Positions 38,580 through 49,688 of a stretch of DNA of 64,000 nt are shown here, piece by piece; position 1 is the stretch's first letter; every line of letters begins with the position of its first letter. A model generated the notes under the pieces. The model saw only the letters and a program-made list of their open reading frames with translations, ran no database searches and had not been told where the DNA came from. The position numbers and the translations under genes are program-made. Origin of the DNA: Planctomycetota bacterium. Lineage in GTDB: Bacteria > Planctomycetota > JAJSAM01 > JAJVHW01. Where the stretch lies: positions 960,001-1,024,000 of the forward strand of contig CBDFJG010000003.1 of NCBI GenBank assembly GCA_965248445.1, written 5' to 3'.

Positions 38580-39665
38580 CTACGCAAGCGGGTCCGCACC
38601 GTCGCCCTGCACGCCGATGCGCTTTGCCCCGGCGACCTTCTCGCCCAGGATGCAGGCGACCTGGTGGCCCTTGCCGAGGTCGTAGATCGGAATCGGCTCG
38701 TCGTCGGACTTGCAGCGATCCTCGGCGAAGCGGCAGCGCGGGTGGAAACGGCAGCCCGCGGGGGGGTTGATGGGCGTCGGCACCTCGCCGGGCAGAGGAT
38801 CGGGGTTCAGTTTGGCATCGGGGTCGGGACTCGGGATCGCCGAGAGGAGCGCCCGCGTGTACGGGTGCACGGGGTTCTCGTAGAGGGTCTGGCTGTCGGC
38901 GACCTCGGCGATGCGGCCCAGGTACATCACCGCGACGCGATGACTGATGTGCTCCACCACGGCGAGGCCGTGCGCGATGAACAGGTACGAGATCCCCATC
39001 TCCTCCTGCAGCGTCTGCAGGAGGTTGATGATCTGCGCCTGGATCGACACGTCGAGGGCGGAGACCGGTTCGTCGCAGACGATCAGGTCGGGCTCGAGGG
39101 CAATCGCCCGCGCGATGCCGATGCGCTGGCGCTGACCGCCCGAGAACTCGTGCGGGTATCGCGAGATGTGGCGGATCGGATCCAGGCCACTCCGTTCGAG
39201 CAGGTGCTGCACGCGCTCGCGACGTTCCTTCTTGCCGCGTACCAGGCCGTGCACAGTGAGCGCCTCGCCGACGATCGACTCGACCGTCATGCGCGGGTTC
39301 AGCGACGAGTACGGATCCTGGAAGATGATCTGCATGCGCCGCCGCAGCGCGCGCAGCTCGCGGCCCTTGATCGCGAAGAGGTCCTGCCCGTCGAAGTCCG
39401 CCGTGCCCGCCGTGACGGGGTCGAGCAGCCGGAGAATCGTGCGGCCCACCGTCGTCTTGCCGCAGCCGGACTCGCCGACGAGTCCGAGCGTCTCGCCGTC
39501 GTGGATGTCGAAGTCGACGCCGTCCACCGCCTTCACCTGGCCGACGACCCGCGAGAACAGGCCCTTGCGGATCGGGAACCACTTCTTCACGCCGCGCACG
39601 GAGAGCACGACCTTCGAGCGGTCCACGTCGCGCGTTGACGTTCCCCAGTCCGACGTCGCGGTCAC
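38580..39665 (-). CDS. Peptide ABC transporter ATP-binding protein (OppF/AppF-type), system 2
   Basis: [38 protein letters not shown] overlap with the upstream gene. Confidence 0.88.
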   Translation of the reverse strand: MTATSDWGTSTRDVDRSKVVLSVRGVKKWFPIRKGLFSRVVGQVKAVDGVDFDIHDGETLGLVGESGCGKTTVGRTILRLLDPVTAGTADFDGQDLFAIKGRELRALRRRMQIIFQDPYSSLNPRMTVESIVGEALTVHGLVRGKKERRERVQHLLERSGLDPIRHISRYPHEFSGGQRQRIGIARAIALEPDLIVCDEPVSALDVSIQAQIINLLQTLQEEMGISYLFIAHGLAVVEHISHRVAVMYLGRIAEVADSQTLYENPVHPYTRALLSAIPSPDPDAKLNPDPLPGEVPTPINPPAGCRFHPRCRFAEDRCKSDDEPIPIYDLGKGHQVACILGEKVAGAKRIGVQGDGADPLA

Positions 39666-40699
39666 ACCACACCCCCCTTCGCGAGCATGATCTCGTTGAG
39701 GCGGTGCCACTCCCCTGCGGTCACCTTCTCGGCGTGGTGGCAGGCCACCTGGTGCGGGATGTCCGTCCCGATCTCGCGCAACGGCGGCTCGTCGACGGCG
39801 CACTCGGCGGTGGCGAAGGGGCAGCGGTTGTTGAAACGGCAGCCGTCCGGGAACTCGAGCGCGCTGGGGACCATGCCGGCGATCGTGTCCAACCGGTGCG
39901 CCCGCTCGCCCAGCCGCGGGATCGAACGGAACAACCCCATCGTGTACGGGTGGTGCGGGTGCTTGAACAGCCTTTGGGTCGTGGAGCGCTCGACGATCTT
40001 GCCCGCGTACATCACGCAGACGTGGTGCGCGGTCTGCGCGACCACGCCGAGGTCGTGGGTGATCAGCAGGACGGACATCCCGAGCCGCTCTTGCAGCTCA
40101 CGGATGAGCGTCAAGATCTGCGCCTGGATCGTCACGTCGAGCGCGGTGGTCGGCTCGTCGGCGATCAAGAGCTCCGGGTCGCACGAGAGCGCCATCGCGA
40201 TCATGACCCTCTGCCGCATGCCGCCGGACATCTGGTGTGGGTACTCGTCGACCCGCTTCTCCGGGCTGGGGATGCGGACCAGGCGGAGCATCTCGATGGC
40301 CCGCTCGCGGGCCTGCGGCTTGGAGCGCTTCTGGTGCAGCAGCACCGCCTCCATGATCTGGTCGCCCACGGTGAACACCGGGTTGAGCGACGTCATGGGC
40401 TCCTGGAAGATCATGCCGATGCGGTTGCCCCGCACCTTGCGCATCTCGTCCTCGCTGAGCTGGGCGAGGTCCTGGCCCTTCAGGATGATCTGCCCGGCGA
40501 CGATCTTCCCGGGCGGGTCCGGGATCAGGCGCATGACCGAGAGCGCCGTGACGCTCTTCCCGCACCCCGACTCGCCCACGACCCCGAGCGTCTCGCCGGC
40601 CTCGATCCGGTAGCTGACGCCGTCCACCGCCTTGGCGATCCCCTCGTCCGTGTAGAACCAGGTCTTGACGTCGCGCAGTTCGAGGAGCGGTTCGGCCAT
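39662..40699 (-). CDS. Peptide ABC transporter ATP-binding protein (OppD/AppD-type), system 2
   Basis: [35 protein letters not shown]; start MAEPLL. Confidence 0.88.
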   Translation of the reverse strand: MAEPLLELRDVKTWFYTDEGIAKAVDGVSYRIEAGETLGVVGESGCGKSVTALSVMRLIPDPPGKIVAGQIILKGQDLAQLSEDEMRKVRGNRIGMIFQEPMTSLNPVFTVGDQIMEAVLLHQKRSKPQARERAIEMLRLVRIPSPEKRVDEYPHQMSGGMRQRVMIAMALSCDPELLIADEPTTALDVTIQAQILTLIRELQERLGMSVLLITHDLGVVAQTAHHVCVMYAGKIVERSTTQRLFKHPHHPYTMGLFRSIPRLGERAHRLDTIAGMVPSALEFPDGCRFNNRCPFATAECAVDEPPLREIGTDIPHQVACHHAEKVTAGEWHRLNEIMLAKGGVV

Positions 40700-40819
40700 G
40701 CGTTCTCCGAGGGTGGGTCGAGCGGCTCCGGGGGACGGCCCGGACGCGGCGCAAGGATAGCGAATGCCCCGCGTCGCGGCGCGCCTCATCCCCACACCGA
40801 CCGGGGCTGCGGGGAGCCG

Positions 40820-40849
40820 TTGAGAACACCCTGCGGAAGCCGCTACAGT
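40820..40849 (+). promoter_or_regulatory. Candidate sigma70 promoter for the system-2 binding protein operon
   Basis: TTGAGA-N18-TACAGT. Confidence 0.35.
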
Positions 40850-40863
40850 CCCCCTCCGAGCCG

Positions 40864-42678
40864 ATGACCCGCGACCACAGAGCCCTCGCCCGCGCCCTCC
40901 CGATCCTCGTGCCCCTCCTGCTCACGGGCTGCTGGTTCCCGGAGTCCCAGGGCGCCCCCGATCCGCCGCCGTGGCAGGACATCGACGTCCAGCCCCAGGA
41001 CCGCTCCGACGTGACCGGCGAGTACGGCGGGACGCTCTCGTGGCTCGAGGTAGGCGAGGTCGGCACGTTCAACCCCGTCATGGGCGAGACCGCGATGGAG
41101 AACAACATCAAGAGCCTCGTGTTCGACACGCTGGCTGCGTACGACAACTACCAGTGGAAGTACGTGCCGGGGCTCGCCTGGAAGTGGGACCGCAGCGAGG
41201 ACTGGCTGACGTGGACGTTCCACCTCCGCAAGGGGGTGAAGTTCAGCGACGGAACACCGCTCACCGCCGCCGATGTGGAGTTCACGTATCGTGCCGTGAC
41301 GCACGAGAAGGTCGCTACGAGCAAGAAGGCGTCGTTCCAGGTCGGCAACGCGCCGTTCCCCGAGCTCGAGGTGCTCGACGACCACACGGTGCGGTTCACG
41401 CTCCCGGTCGTGAATGCGCTGTTCCTGGGAGCCGTCTCGGGTCTCGACATCCTGCCGGCGGCCCGGTACGGCCACACGCTGGAGGGTGACGAGCCGACGT
41501 TCGGCGAGCAGATGGTGGCATCCGGCGACCTCTCGACGGTCGTCGGCACCGGGCCGTTTCGCGTCGTCGAGTACAGCGGCGCGGAGCGCGTCGTCTACGA
41601 GCGCAATCCGTACTACTGGCGGATCGCCAGCGACGGCAAGCGCATGCCGTTCGTGGATCGGGTCATCATCCTGATGTCGAAGGACCTCACGTCGCGCTCC
41701 GTGAAGTTCCTGGACGGCGGCGCGGACATGATCACGACGATCCCGCCCTCGGACTACAAGCAGTTCACGCACGTCGAGAGAGACGGCTGGTTCAAGGTCC
41801 ACCGCCTCGGCCTGTCGCTGAACACGAACTGGATCTCGTTCAACCAGCACCCGGGCGAGGCGGACGGGAAGCCCTTCGTCGCACCGCACATGCTGCGTCT
41901 GTTCCAGGACGTGCGCTACCGCCGTGCCGTCAGCCACGCGATCGACCGCGAGAAGCTGGTGCGGCTGTTCGTCCGTGGCAAGGGCGAGGGCATCTACTCG
42001 GGCACGAACCAGGCCAACAAGACGTGGCACGTGCCGGAAGAGCGGTTCCCGTACGACCGCGAGCGAGCCGCCGCATTGTTCGCGGAACTGGGCCTGGCGG
42101 ACACCGACGGCGACGGCATTCTCGAAGACGCCGACGGCAACGTCATCCGCTTCAAGATGATGACGAACGTCGAGAACCCCCTGCGGGTCTCGATCATCGC
42201 GCAGATCAAGGCGGACCTGAACGCCGTCGGGATCGACGTGCAGCTCACGCCCATGAACTTCCAAGAGGTCGTGGGCAAGCTGATGGACGGCCACGACTGG
42301 GACTGCATCCTGCTCGGCTGGGCCTCGAGCGTCCCGCCGGATCCGCTCGGCGGGAAGAACATCCTCCTGTCGAACGCCCGTCTGCATGTCTGGCACCCGA
42401 TGCAGGAAAAGCCGGTCAACGACTTCGAGGCGGAGACGGACCGGCTCGTCATGGCCATGGACGGTCAGCCGGACCCGGTCAAGCGCAAGGTGCTGTTCGC
42501 GGATCTGATGAAGCACCAGTCGGGCGCACAGCCGATCATCTATCTCTACAGCGCCAACGAGTACGCCGCGGTGACGTGCCGCGTGAAGAACGTGAAGGCG
42601 TCGCTGCTACGGCCGCAGACCTGGCACAACATCGACGAGTTGTGGCTGGATGACGGCTGGAGAGAAGCCGCACGCTGA
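40864..42678 (+). CDS. Peptide/nickel ABC substrate-binding lipoprotein (SBP family 5), system 2
   Basis: Lipobox [47 protein letters not shown]. Confidence 0.9.
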   Translation: MTRDHRALARALPILVPLLLTGCWFPESQGAPDPPPWQDIDVQPQDRSDVTGEYGGTLSWLEVGEVGTFNPVMGETAMENNIKSLVFDTLAAYDNYQWKYVPGLAWKWDRSEDWLTWTFHLRKGVKFSDGTPLTAADVEFTYRAVTHEKVATSKKASFQVGNAPFPELEVLDDHTVRFTLPVVNALFLGAVSGLDILPAARYGHTLEGDEPTFGEQMVASGDLSTVVGTGPFRVVEYSGAERVVYERNPYYWRIASDGKRMPFVDRVIILMSKDLTSRSVKFLDGGADMITTIPPSDYKQFTHVERDGWFKVHRLGLSLNTNWISFNQHPGEADGKPFVAPHMLRLFQDVRYRRAVSHAIDREKLVRLFVRGKGEGIYSGTNQANKTWHVPEERFPYDRERAAALFAELGLADTDGDGILEDADGNVIRFKMMTNVENPLRVSIIAQIKADLNAVGIDVQLTPMNFQEVVGKLMDGHDWDCILLGWASSVPPDPLGGKNILLSNARLHVWHPMQEKPVNDFEAETDRLVMAMDGQPDPVKRKVLFADLMKHQSGAQPIIYLYSANEYAAVTCRVKNVKASLLRPQTWHNIDELWLDDGWREAAR

Positions 42679-43847
42679 TGTGGGTCCTGATCCTCCGCCG
42701 GCTCGCGTTCCTGCCCGTGCTGCTGCTGGTGATCTCGTTCGCGACCTACGGACTGCTCCAGGCGTCCGGCGGAGACTTTTTCCGCAAGCTCGAGGACAAC
42801 CCTGCCGTCGAGCAGGACTACGTCATGAGCCTGCGCCGAAGCGTCGGCAAGGTCATCGAGATCTCGGCCGCCGATCGCGCGCGCAAGCTGGGAGCGTTCG
42901 CCGTCGAGGACGTCGGGTACTCGTTCGACGAGAGCGGAGCACTCCTGCGGGACGGCGCCCTGGCCGACCCGCGGGCCGAACAACAGCGCATCAAGCGATT
43001 CGAGCACAACGGGGACGAGTGGTCCGTGACCCAGCAGGGACGCGTGTACCGGCACGTCGGCGCGCTGCGCGGCTACACACTGTGGCTGTGGAACGTCGTG
43101 CGCGGAGATCTCGGTGAGAGCTTCCAGCACAAGCGCGGTGTCGGGTCCGTCATCATGGAACGGCTGGCGAACACGCTACTGCTCTCGATCGCCGCGCTCT
43201 TGATCGCGTGGGGTCTCGCGATTCCACTCGGCGTGTGGAGCGGCGTGAGACCGAACAGCTGGATCGACCACCTGTGCGGTGGTGTGGCGTACTTCGGGCT
43301 GTCCGTGCCGTCCGTGTTCCTGGCCCTGCTCGCGGTGCTGTTCGCCTACTACACCGGGTGGTTCCCCACGGGTGATGCCCGCGACTCGCTGCGGTGGGAC
43401 GCCATGTCCTGGGGTGAGCGCATCCTCGACGTGGCGCATCATCTGATCCTGCCGGCCGCCGTCGTGGGTCTCACGACGCTGGCGGGTTACATGCGCCAGA
43501 TGCGCGGACAGATGGTCGAGACCATGTCGGCGGACTACGTGCGGACCGCGCGCGCCAAGGGGCTCGCGAACAACGTCGTCATCTTCAAGCATGCGCTCCG
43601 CAACGCGATCAACCCGCTCGTCACGCTCTTCGGGTTCAGCATCGCGGGCCTCCTCTCCGGCTCGTTCCTGGTCGAGATCGTCATGAACTGGCCGGGGCTC
43701 GCCCGGGTGGTCGTGGACGCGGTCTTCGCCAAGGACGAGCCCGTGGTGCTGGCCGCGACGCTCATGACGGCGATCCTGCTCGTGCTGGGCAACCTGCTGG
43801 CCGACATCCTGCTCGGCCTCGTGGACCCGCGGATCCGCGTGAACTGA
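42678..43847 (+). CDS. Peptide ABC permease (OppB/AppB-type), system 2
   Basis: LILRRL, GDLGESF, DYVRTARAKGL, HALRNA, DPRIR. Confidence 0.9.
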   Translation: MWVLILRRLAFLPVLLLVISFATYGLLQASGGDFFRKLEDNPAVEQDYVMSLRRSVGKVIEISAADRARKLGAFAVEDVGYSFDESGALLRDGALADPRAEQQRIKRFEHNGDEWSVTQQGRVYRHVGALRGYTLWLWNVVRGDLGESFQHKRGVGSVIMERLANTLLLSIAALLIAWGLAIPLGVWSGVRPNSWIDHLCGGVAYFGLSVPSVFLALLAVLFAYYTGWFPTGDARDSLRWDAMSWGERILDVAHHLILPAAVVGLTTLAGYMRQMRGQMVETMSADYVRTARAKGLANNVVIFKHALRNAINPLVTLFGFSIAGLLSGSFLVEIVMNWPGLARVVVDAVFAKDEPVVLAATLMTAILLVLGNLLADILLGLVDPRIRVN

Positions 43848-45160
43848 TGGGCGCCACCATGGGCCACTCGAGCCGGGGTCCCTGGGCCACGCTGTGGTAT
43901 CGCCTGCGCAAGAACCGCGTGGCAATGGCGGGCGGTGTGATCCTCGGCATCCTCTACTTCTGCGCGTGCTTCGCCGGGTGCCTGTCACCCTACAAGTACG
44001 ACGCCAGCAGCCAGGACCGCTCGTTCGTCGGCCCGATGCTGCTCGGCGGCTACGTGCACGAACAGTTCGAGGAGCCGTCCTCCGTCAACCCGGAGCAGAC
44101 GGTCTCCGGTTGGCGCCGGAGCTGGACCTGGCTCGACGGCGGTGTGCACTTCCACGACACGGCGGGCAACTTCACGTTGCGCCCGCATGTGCACCCGCTG
44201 GTTGACAAGGGCTACCGCGACCGGTACGGCGAGATGGAGTACTCCGGCGCGGCGGAGGACCGCTCAGTCAGCGTGCCGATCCGGTTCTTCGTCCCGGGCG
44301 ACGAGCACGAAGTCTTCAGCATCTGCGGCGCGTTGCCCATCTCCGGCAAGACGCACCTGTTCGGCGCGGTGCGGCCGCCGGGAACGACGGACGCCGTCGG
44401 CGTGCACCTGTTCGGCACCGACCAGCAGGGACGCGACCTGTTCTCGCGCATTCTCTACGGCTCCCAGATCAGCCTGTCGGTCGGGCTGCTGGGGATCGCC
44501 GTCTCCATGAGCCTCGGCATGCTCGTCGGCGGCATGGCCGGCTACTTCGGCGGCGGGACCGACACGATCGTCATGCGAATCTGCGAGATCATCATGGCCG
44601 TGCCCGGCCTGTATCTGATCATCGTGGCCGGCGGGATGCTGCGCGAATGGGAGCCGTTCGGCGAACCGCTCACGTCGACGCAGACGTACATGATGATCGT
44701 GCTCGTCATGGCGCTGGTCGGCTGGGCCAGCAACAGCCGCGTGATTCGCGGGATGGTGCTCTCCCTGCGCGAGCGCGACTACGTGCAGGCAGCTCGTGCG
44801 ACGGGCACCCCCACCACGTCCATCGTGGTGAAGCACGTGCTCCCCAACACGTTCTCGTACGCGATCGTGACGGCGACGCTGTACGTGCCGTACTACATCC
44901 TGGGTGAGGTGGCGCTGTCGTTCCTGGGACTCGGCATCCAGGAGCCCGAGGCCTCCTGGGGGAACATGCTCCGGGACGCCCAGCACGCGTTCCAGCTGGT
45001 GGACAACCCCTGGATCATCGTCCCGGGGGTCTTCATCTTCGTGGCGGTCCTGGCCTTCAACTTCCTGGGCGATGGCCTCCGCGATGCGGCCGACCCCAAG
45101 GCTGTCATCTCGCGAAAGGTCCACGGCCTCGACGACGATGAAGAGGGGAGTGCCGCCTAG
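43847..45160 (+). CDS. Peptide ABC permease (OppC/AppC-type), system 2
   Basis: RLRKNRVA, HLFGTDQQGRDLFSR, SRVIRGMVLSLRERDYV, NFLGDGLRDAADP. Confidence 0.9.
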   Translation: MGATMGHSSRGPWATLWYRLRKNRVAMAGGVILGILYFCACFAGCLSPYKYDASSQDRSFVGPMLLGGYVHEQFEEPSSVNPEQTVSGWRRSWTWLDGGVHFHDTAGNFTLRPHVHPLVDKGYRDRYGEMEYSGAAEDRSVSVPIRFFVPGDEHEVFSICGALPISGKTHLFGAVRPPGTTDAVGVHLFGTDQQGRDLFSRILYGSQISLSVGLLGIAVSMSLGMLVGGMAGYFGGGTDTIVMRICEIIMAVPGLYLIIVAGGMLREWEPFGEPLTSTQTYMMIVLVMALVGWASNSRVIRGMVLSLRERDYVQAARATGTPTTSIVVKHVLPNTFSYAIVTATLYVPYYILGEVALSFLGLGIQEPEASWGNMLRDAQHAFQLVDNPWIIVPGVFIFVAVLAFNFLGDGLRDAADPKAVISRKVHGLDDDEEGSAA

Positions 45161-45260
45161 GCACGCCCCGCTCCGGGATTCGGGTCTGCTCGTAGCGCCC
45201 CAGGCTACGCTTCCCGCGATCTCGGCGGCGGGGCCCGCCGCGAGCCGGAGGACCCGCCAC

Positions 45261-46316
45261 TTGTCCGTCACGCCCGACTCCGTAACACCCAACGCCGTGA
45301 CGCCCGCTGCGCTCGCGGCGTTGCGTCGCAAGATCACGGAACGCTACGCCGTGCCCTCGATTCCGCGGGCCGTGTGGCAGCTCGCTGCGACCACAGTCGC
45401 AATGGTGACGTCGTGGTCGCTCGCGAACTGGGCGCTCGACATCTCGCCCTGGCTCACTCTCGCGTTCATCGTGACGACCGCCTTCCTGCTCATCCGGCTG
45501 TTCATCTTCCAGCACGACTGCGGACACGCTTCGTTCCTTCCCTCGCAGCGCGCGTCCGACATCGTCGGTTCGTTCCTCGCCGTCATCACGCTGACGCCCT
45601 ACCTGTACTGGAAGCGGACGCACGCGATGCACCACGCAGGTTCAGGAAACCTCGAGCGCCGCGGCATTGGCGACATCCAGACGTTGACGATCGCCGAGTA
45701 CGAAGCCGCTTCCCCGGCCCGGCGCCTCGGCTACCGGATCTACCGGAACCCGATGCTGCTGCTGTTCATCGGAGCACCGTTCCACTTCCTCGTGTTCCAC
45801 CGCTGGCCGACCAATGTCTCGAAGCGCGACAAGCGCGAACGCCGCGGCGTGATTCTGGCCGACCTCGGCCTGGCGGCCGTCGTCGTCGGCATGTGCGCGC
45901 TCGTCGGCGTCGAGAGGTTCCTCCTCATCCAGCTTCCGGTCTCGTTCATCACGTGTGCCGTCGGCGTCGGGTTGTTCTACGTCCAGCACCAGTTCGAGGA
46001 TGCGTACTGGGAGCACGACGAGACCTGGGAGTTCGAGCGCGCGGGACTCGCGGGCAGCTCGTACTTCCGGATGCCGAAGGTGCTCCAGTGGTTCACCGGC
46101 AACATCGGGATCCACCACATCCACCATCTCTCGAGCAAGATCCCGAACTACCGGCTCGACCGCTGCCTGCGAGAGAACGAAGAGCTGCAGGCCGTACCGA
46201 CGATCGGCGTGTTCGCCAGCCTGCGGTGCCTGTTCCTCAAGCTGTGGGACGAGGAGTCCCGCCGCCTGGTCAGCTTCCGCACCGCCCGCCGTCTTGCGCT
46301 CGCGCGCAACGGCTGA
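45261..46316 (+). CDS. Membrane fatty acid (acyl-lipid) desaturase
   Basis: His boxes HDCGH, HAMHH and HHIHH, FYVQHQFE; TTG start after GGAGG. Confidence 0.9.
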   Translation: MSVTPDSVTPNAVTPAALAALRRKITERYAVPSIPRAVWQLAATTVAMVTSWSLANWALDISPWLTLAFIVTTAFLLIRLFIFQHDCGHASFLPSQRASDIVGSFLAVITLTPYLYWKRTHAMHHAGSGNLERRGIGDIQTLTIAEYEAASPARRLGYRIYRNPMLLLFIGAPFHFLVFHRWPTNVSKRDKRERRGVILADLGLAAVVVGMCALVGVERFLLIQLPVSFITCAVGVGLFYVQHQFEDAYWEHDETWEFERAGLAGSSYFRMPKVLQWFTGNIGIHHIHHLSSKIPNYRLDRCLRENEELQAVPTIGVFASLRCLFLKLWDEESRRLVSFRTARRLALARNG

Positions 46317-46319
46317 CGG

Positions 46320-46799
46320 CTAGTCGGTGAGCTGACGCGCCACCGCCGCCGCGACATCGTCGGGCAGCCACCGGCTGGCGTCGCCGCCGTGCCTGATCAC
46401 TTCCTTGATCAATGACGACGACAGGAACGCGTACTCCTCGGACGGCATCACGAAGACCGTGTCCAGGCCGGGCGCCAGGGCGCGATTGGTGAGCGCCATC
46501 TGGAACTCGTACTCGAAGTCGCTGACGGTGCGCAGTCCCCGGAGCAGCGCCGTCAGCCCGTGCTTCTGCGCGTAGTCGACGACCAGCCCCTGGAACGACA
46601 CGACCTCGACGTTCCCGAGGTCTCCCACGTGGCGCTGCAGCGTCGCCGTGCGCTCAGCCACCGTGAACATGGGGTGCTTGCGCGGGTTATCAGCGACGCC
46701 GACGACGAGCCGGTCGAACAACCGCGCGCCCCGTTCCACCACGTCGATGTGGCCGTAGGTCAGCGGATCGAAGGTCCCCGGATAGAGCGCCTCACGCAT
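46320..46799 (-). CDS. coaD: Pantetheine-phosphate adenylyltransferase
   Basis: YPGTFDPLTYGH, LRGLRTVSDFEYEFQMA, FLSSSLIKEV. Confidence 0.96.
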   Translation of the reverse strand: MREALYPGTFDPLTYGHIDVVERGARLFDRLVVGVADNPRKHPMFTVAERTATLQRHVGDLGNVEVVSFQGLVVDYAQKHGLTALLRGLRTVSDFEYEFQMALTNRALAPGLDTVFVMPSEEYAFLSSSLIKEVIRHGGDASRWLPDDVAAAVARQLTD

Positions 46800-46809
46800 C
46801 AGGGAGACT

Positions 46810-49554
46810 CTAGCGGTACCAGCGCAGAGCGTCGTAATCGAGCTTGCGCCGGCGGGAGAACGGGTCGTCTGTTCCGAACCAGAGGTTCGGGTAGAAGGCG
46901 AACGAGATGGACGAGTTGTCCACCTGGTCGTCGCTGTCGAACTCGATCGCGATGGTGTAGTCGTGCGATCGCCGGTAGATGGTCGCTGTCGTGCGCAACC
47001 GGTTGTCACTGCGCGTGTTCTGCTGTGTCTGCAGCCCAACGGCCCACTTGTCAGTGATCCTGGCATCGCCGCGCACCGTGAAGATGCGCGAGTCGTTGAT
47101 GATCGCGCGGCGGCCGACGTACAGCTGCGCACGGTCGTTCCAGCGGTACTGCAATCCGATCGCCGACGTCTCCACGTCGTGCCGGTCGATGTCGTAGTCC
47201 AACTCGCCCGCCAGCCAGAGACTGCGCGCGAGGCGCATGCGCAGCCGGTGCTGGTGGAAGGCCGAGCCGTGCCGCTTGCGGCCGGCAAACTTGTCCTGGG
47301 CCGTCAAGTCCAGACGTTGGAGCGGAGTCGGGAGATCCTCGCGGAAGCCGAGCAGTGACTTGCGCTGGACGAACTCGTCGATGAAGTGCAGGAACCGCGC
47401 CTCGTAGTCCAGCCAATCGACCATCTCGCTGCCGTCCTTGGTCTGCAGCCGGTTGCGGAGGCGCAAGCTCGCGGTCTCCACCTCGTAGAGCTCGTCGTTC
47501 ATGTCGTTCGTCTGGAACTCGAACGGGTCTTCGCTCGCCTCGAAGCGATTGAAGTACTGCGCGTCGATGTTCACGACGTGGCGGAGCCCTGCGAGTCCAA
47601 ACACATCACTTGTGACGTCAGGGTACTCACGGCTGGCCGTCGTTCCGGCACGCAAGCCGCCGTGGAAGCCCACCCGGCCCTCGTAGCCGCCGCGGTCCGT
47701 CTGGAGGAACCCGTTACGGTCGTCCATCCCGATGGCCGAGCCGCCGAGACTCGGGGTCACCACGATCGGACCCAGCATGAAGGGCGCGGTGACGCGCGCC
47801 TGGATGTCCGCCCTGAGGGTGCCTTCGCCACGCCAACCCGCGAACGCGCGCCGCAGCCGCCGCGCCAGCACGTCGTCGTAGCGGCGCTTCACGTAGTCGA
47901 CGCTCGCTTGCGCGGAGAGGTTCACCGGTGCGAACCCCGTCTGGCCGCGCGTGAAGATGGGCTCGTTCACGAGGTGGTACTCGACGCGCGGTAGGTAGTC
48001 GGTCTGCGTCGCGTAGTCGGTCGTCAGGATGTCGCCCGGCCGCCGCCGCAAAGCCGAGGTCTCGTCGTTGATGCGGTGGGAAGCCAGGATCGAGAGCCCA
48101 TGGTTGCCCCACAGCCGGCGGGCACGCAGGTACGTCTCCTGCTGCTTCCCGGTCTGCGCCTCCTGCGGGTAGTACTCGGGCAAGAACCCGCGGTCGGAGT
48201 AGTACGCGATCTCGCCGTCGAGGCGCCAACCGTCCGGGATCATGCCGCCCTGCCCGCCGTGGTGGCGGAAGCGCGTCCGGAAGCGTCCGCGGTCGTTGCG
48301 CGTCTCACCCCGTGCCGTGCCGTCGAACGCGCGCTCGCTGAACTCGTCCTCACGAGCGCTGTCCCGCTGGTAGTAGCCGGACCCGCGCACCCAGTCGGTC
48401 TCCGTCCCGGCTCCGCGATCGGGACCCTCGAGTTCGAGGTCCGCGCCCAGACCCCAGCCACGCCTGCTGCGGTAATCGGTGTGGACCTGCCAATCGCCGA
48501 TCTCACGACCGTCCGCCAGCCGGATCTTGCTGCCCCATAGCACCTCGACCGCTGTGCCGAATCGCTTCGAGCCCTCGACGGTGACGTTGCGCAGTGGCGC
48601 GATGTCGAACGCTTGACCGCCGACTCTCGGCACCGTCAGAATCGTCGTGTCCGTCCCCAGCAGGGTGTCCGCCTGGAGCGCCGGCCACGGCGCGGTCTCG
48701 AAGACGGCTTGCGGCTGCGAGAAGTCCACCGTCACGGAGTCGGTCGTGAAGTGGTAGTGCGGGTCCTCGTAACTGCACGTCGAGAGCGACGCGTCCTCGG
48801 CCTCGTACTTGCTCTCGGCCGTCCCGCGAATCACCTTCGCGCGCACCGCGAGCGGGAGCGCATCGCGCCCGCTGCGGTCGAACGTCCCGTGCAACTCACC
48901 GTCGACCATGTACGCGCGGTTCTGCGCGAAGTCGATCAGGAGACGTTGCGCCTCGACGGTGTGGCCGGAGCGCGCCATGAACACGTCGCCCTCGGCGTAG
49001 ATGGCGTGAATCACCGGTCCGAGCACGGTTCGTGCGTCCGTGCCGGGCTGCTCCGTCGCTGGACGGCGACGCAGCGTGCCCATCAGCTTGTCTTGGTCGG
49101 CCGTGCCCCAGATGACGACGCCCTTGCATCGCAGCTCCAACTCGGGCAGGCGGATCCAGATCGGCTGGCCTACGCCGCCGACGGCGTAGACGACGCGTTC
49201 GTCGCCGACGATCGGGCCGCTGAACGTGTCCCCGAGCACGGCGCCGTAGAAGTCTGGCGACGTGGGGTCGACGCGCGGGCGGGTCGAGCCGCCGGTCGAT
49301 GGCACGACACCGCCAGAATTGGGCCGAGGAGCGGTACTGGGCCGAGCGGTACTGGGCGGCATCGGCACCGGGCCCCGGGTGGGTGCACGCGGCGGCAGAG
49401 GCGCCGGACGCCCGGACGGAGCCCTGTCCGCGACCGGCGGCGGCAGCGGCGCAGGCTGATCGTCAGCCCGTACGGGTACCGCGGCGGCGAGCATCGCCGC
49501 GACGACTGTTCCCTTCCACACGGCGACTCGACCGCCGGGCGCCCTCATACCCAT
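46810..49554 (-). CDS. lptD: LPS assembly outer-membrane protein LptD-like
   Basis: Signal peptide, OstA-like N domain (YAEGDV), STCSYEDPHY motif, SDRGFLPEYY, long amphipathic beta-strand C-terminal region. Confidence 0.75.
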   Translation of the reverse strand: MGMRAPGGRVAVWKGTVVAAMLAAAVPVRADDQPAPLPPPVADRAPSGRPAPLPPRAPTRGPVPMPPSTARPSTAPRPNSGGVVPSTGGSTRPRVDPTSPDFYGAVLGDTFSGPIVGDERVVYAVGGVGQPIWIRLPELELRCKGVVIWGTADQDKLMGTLRRRPATEQPGTDARTVLGPVIHAIYAEGDVFMARSGHTVEAQRLLIDFAQNRAYMVDGELHGTFDRSGRDALPLAVRAKVIRGTAESKYEAEDASLSTCSYEDPHYHFTTDSVTVDFSQPQAVFETAPWPALQADTLLGTDTTILTVPRVGGQAFDIAPLRNVTVEGSKRFGTAVEVLWGSKIRLADGREIGDWQVHTDYRSRRGWGLGADLELEGPDRGAGTETDWVRGSGYYQRDSAREDEFSERAFDGTARGETRNDRGRFRTRFRHHGGQGGMIPDGWRLDGEIAYYSDRGFLPEYYPQEAQTGKQQETYLRARRLWGNHGLSILASHRINDETSALRRRPGDILTTDYATQTDYLPRVEYHLVNEPIFTRGQTGFAPVNLSAQASVDYVKRRYDDVLARRLRRAFAGWRGEGTLRADIQARVTAPFMLGPIVVTPSLGGSAIGMDDRNGFLQTDRGGYEGRVGFHGGLRAGTTASREYPDVTSDVFGLAGLRHVVNIDAQYFNRFEASEDPFEFQTNDMNDELYEVETASLRLRNRLQTKDGSEMVDWLDYEARFLHFIDEFVQRKSLLGFREDLPTPLQRLDLTAQDKFAGRKRHGSAFHQHRLRMRLARSLWLAGELDYDIDRHDVETSAIGLQYRWNDRAQLYVGRRAIINDSRIFTVRGDARITDKWAVGLQTQQNTRSDNRLRTTATIYRRSHDYTIAIEFDSDDQVDNSSISFAFYPNLWFGTDDPFSRRRKLDYDALRWYR

Positions 49555-49688
49555 CCACGCCTCCCCGCCTTCATCGCGGCATCCGGGTGCGGAGTCTAAC
49601 CCGTGGGTGGCGCTCGGGCGTCAGCCCCTCCTGACGGAAATGGGCGCTCCGAACGCGACCGCGCGGCCACGGGCGGCGTCCTCCTGGC

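Noticed and set aside
45265..45309. 15-nt triple repeat (VTPDS-VTPNA-VTPAA) at the desaturase N-terminus, and 12-nt repeats in the UDG linker (about 8585-8612)
   Set aside because: Short in-frame low-complexity linker repeats with no sign of a separate function
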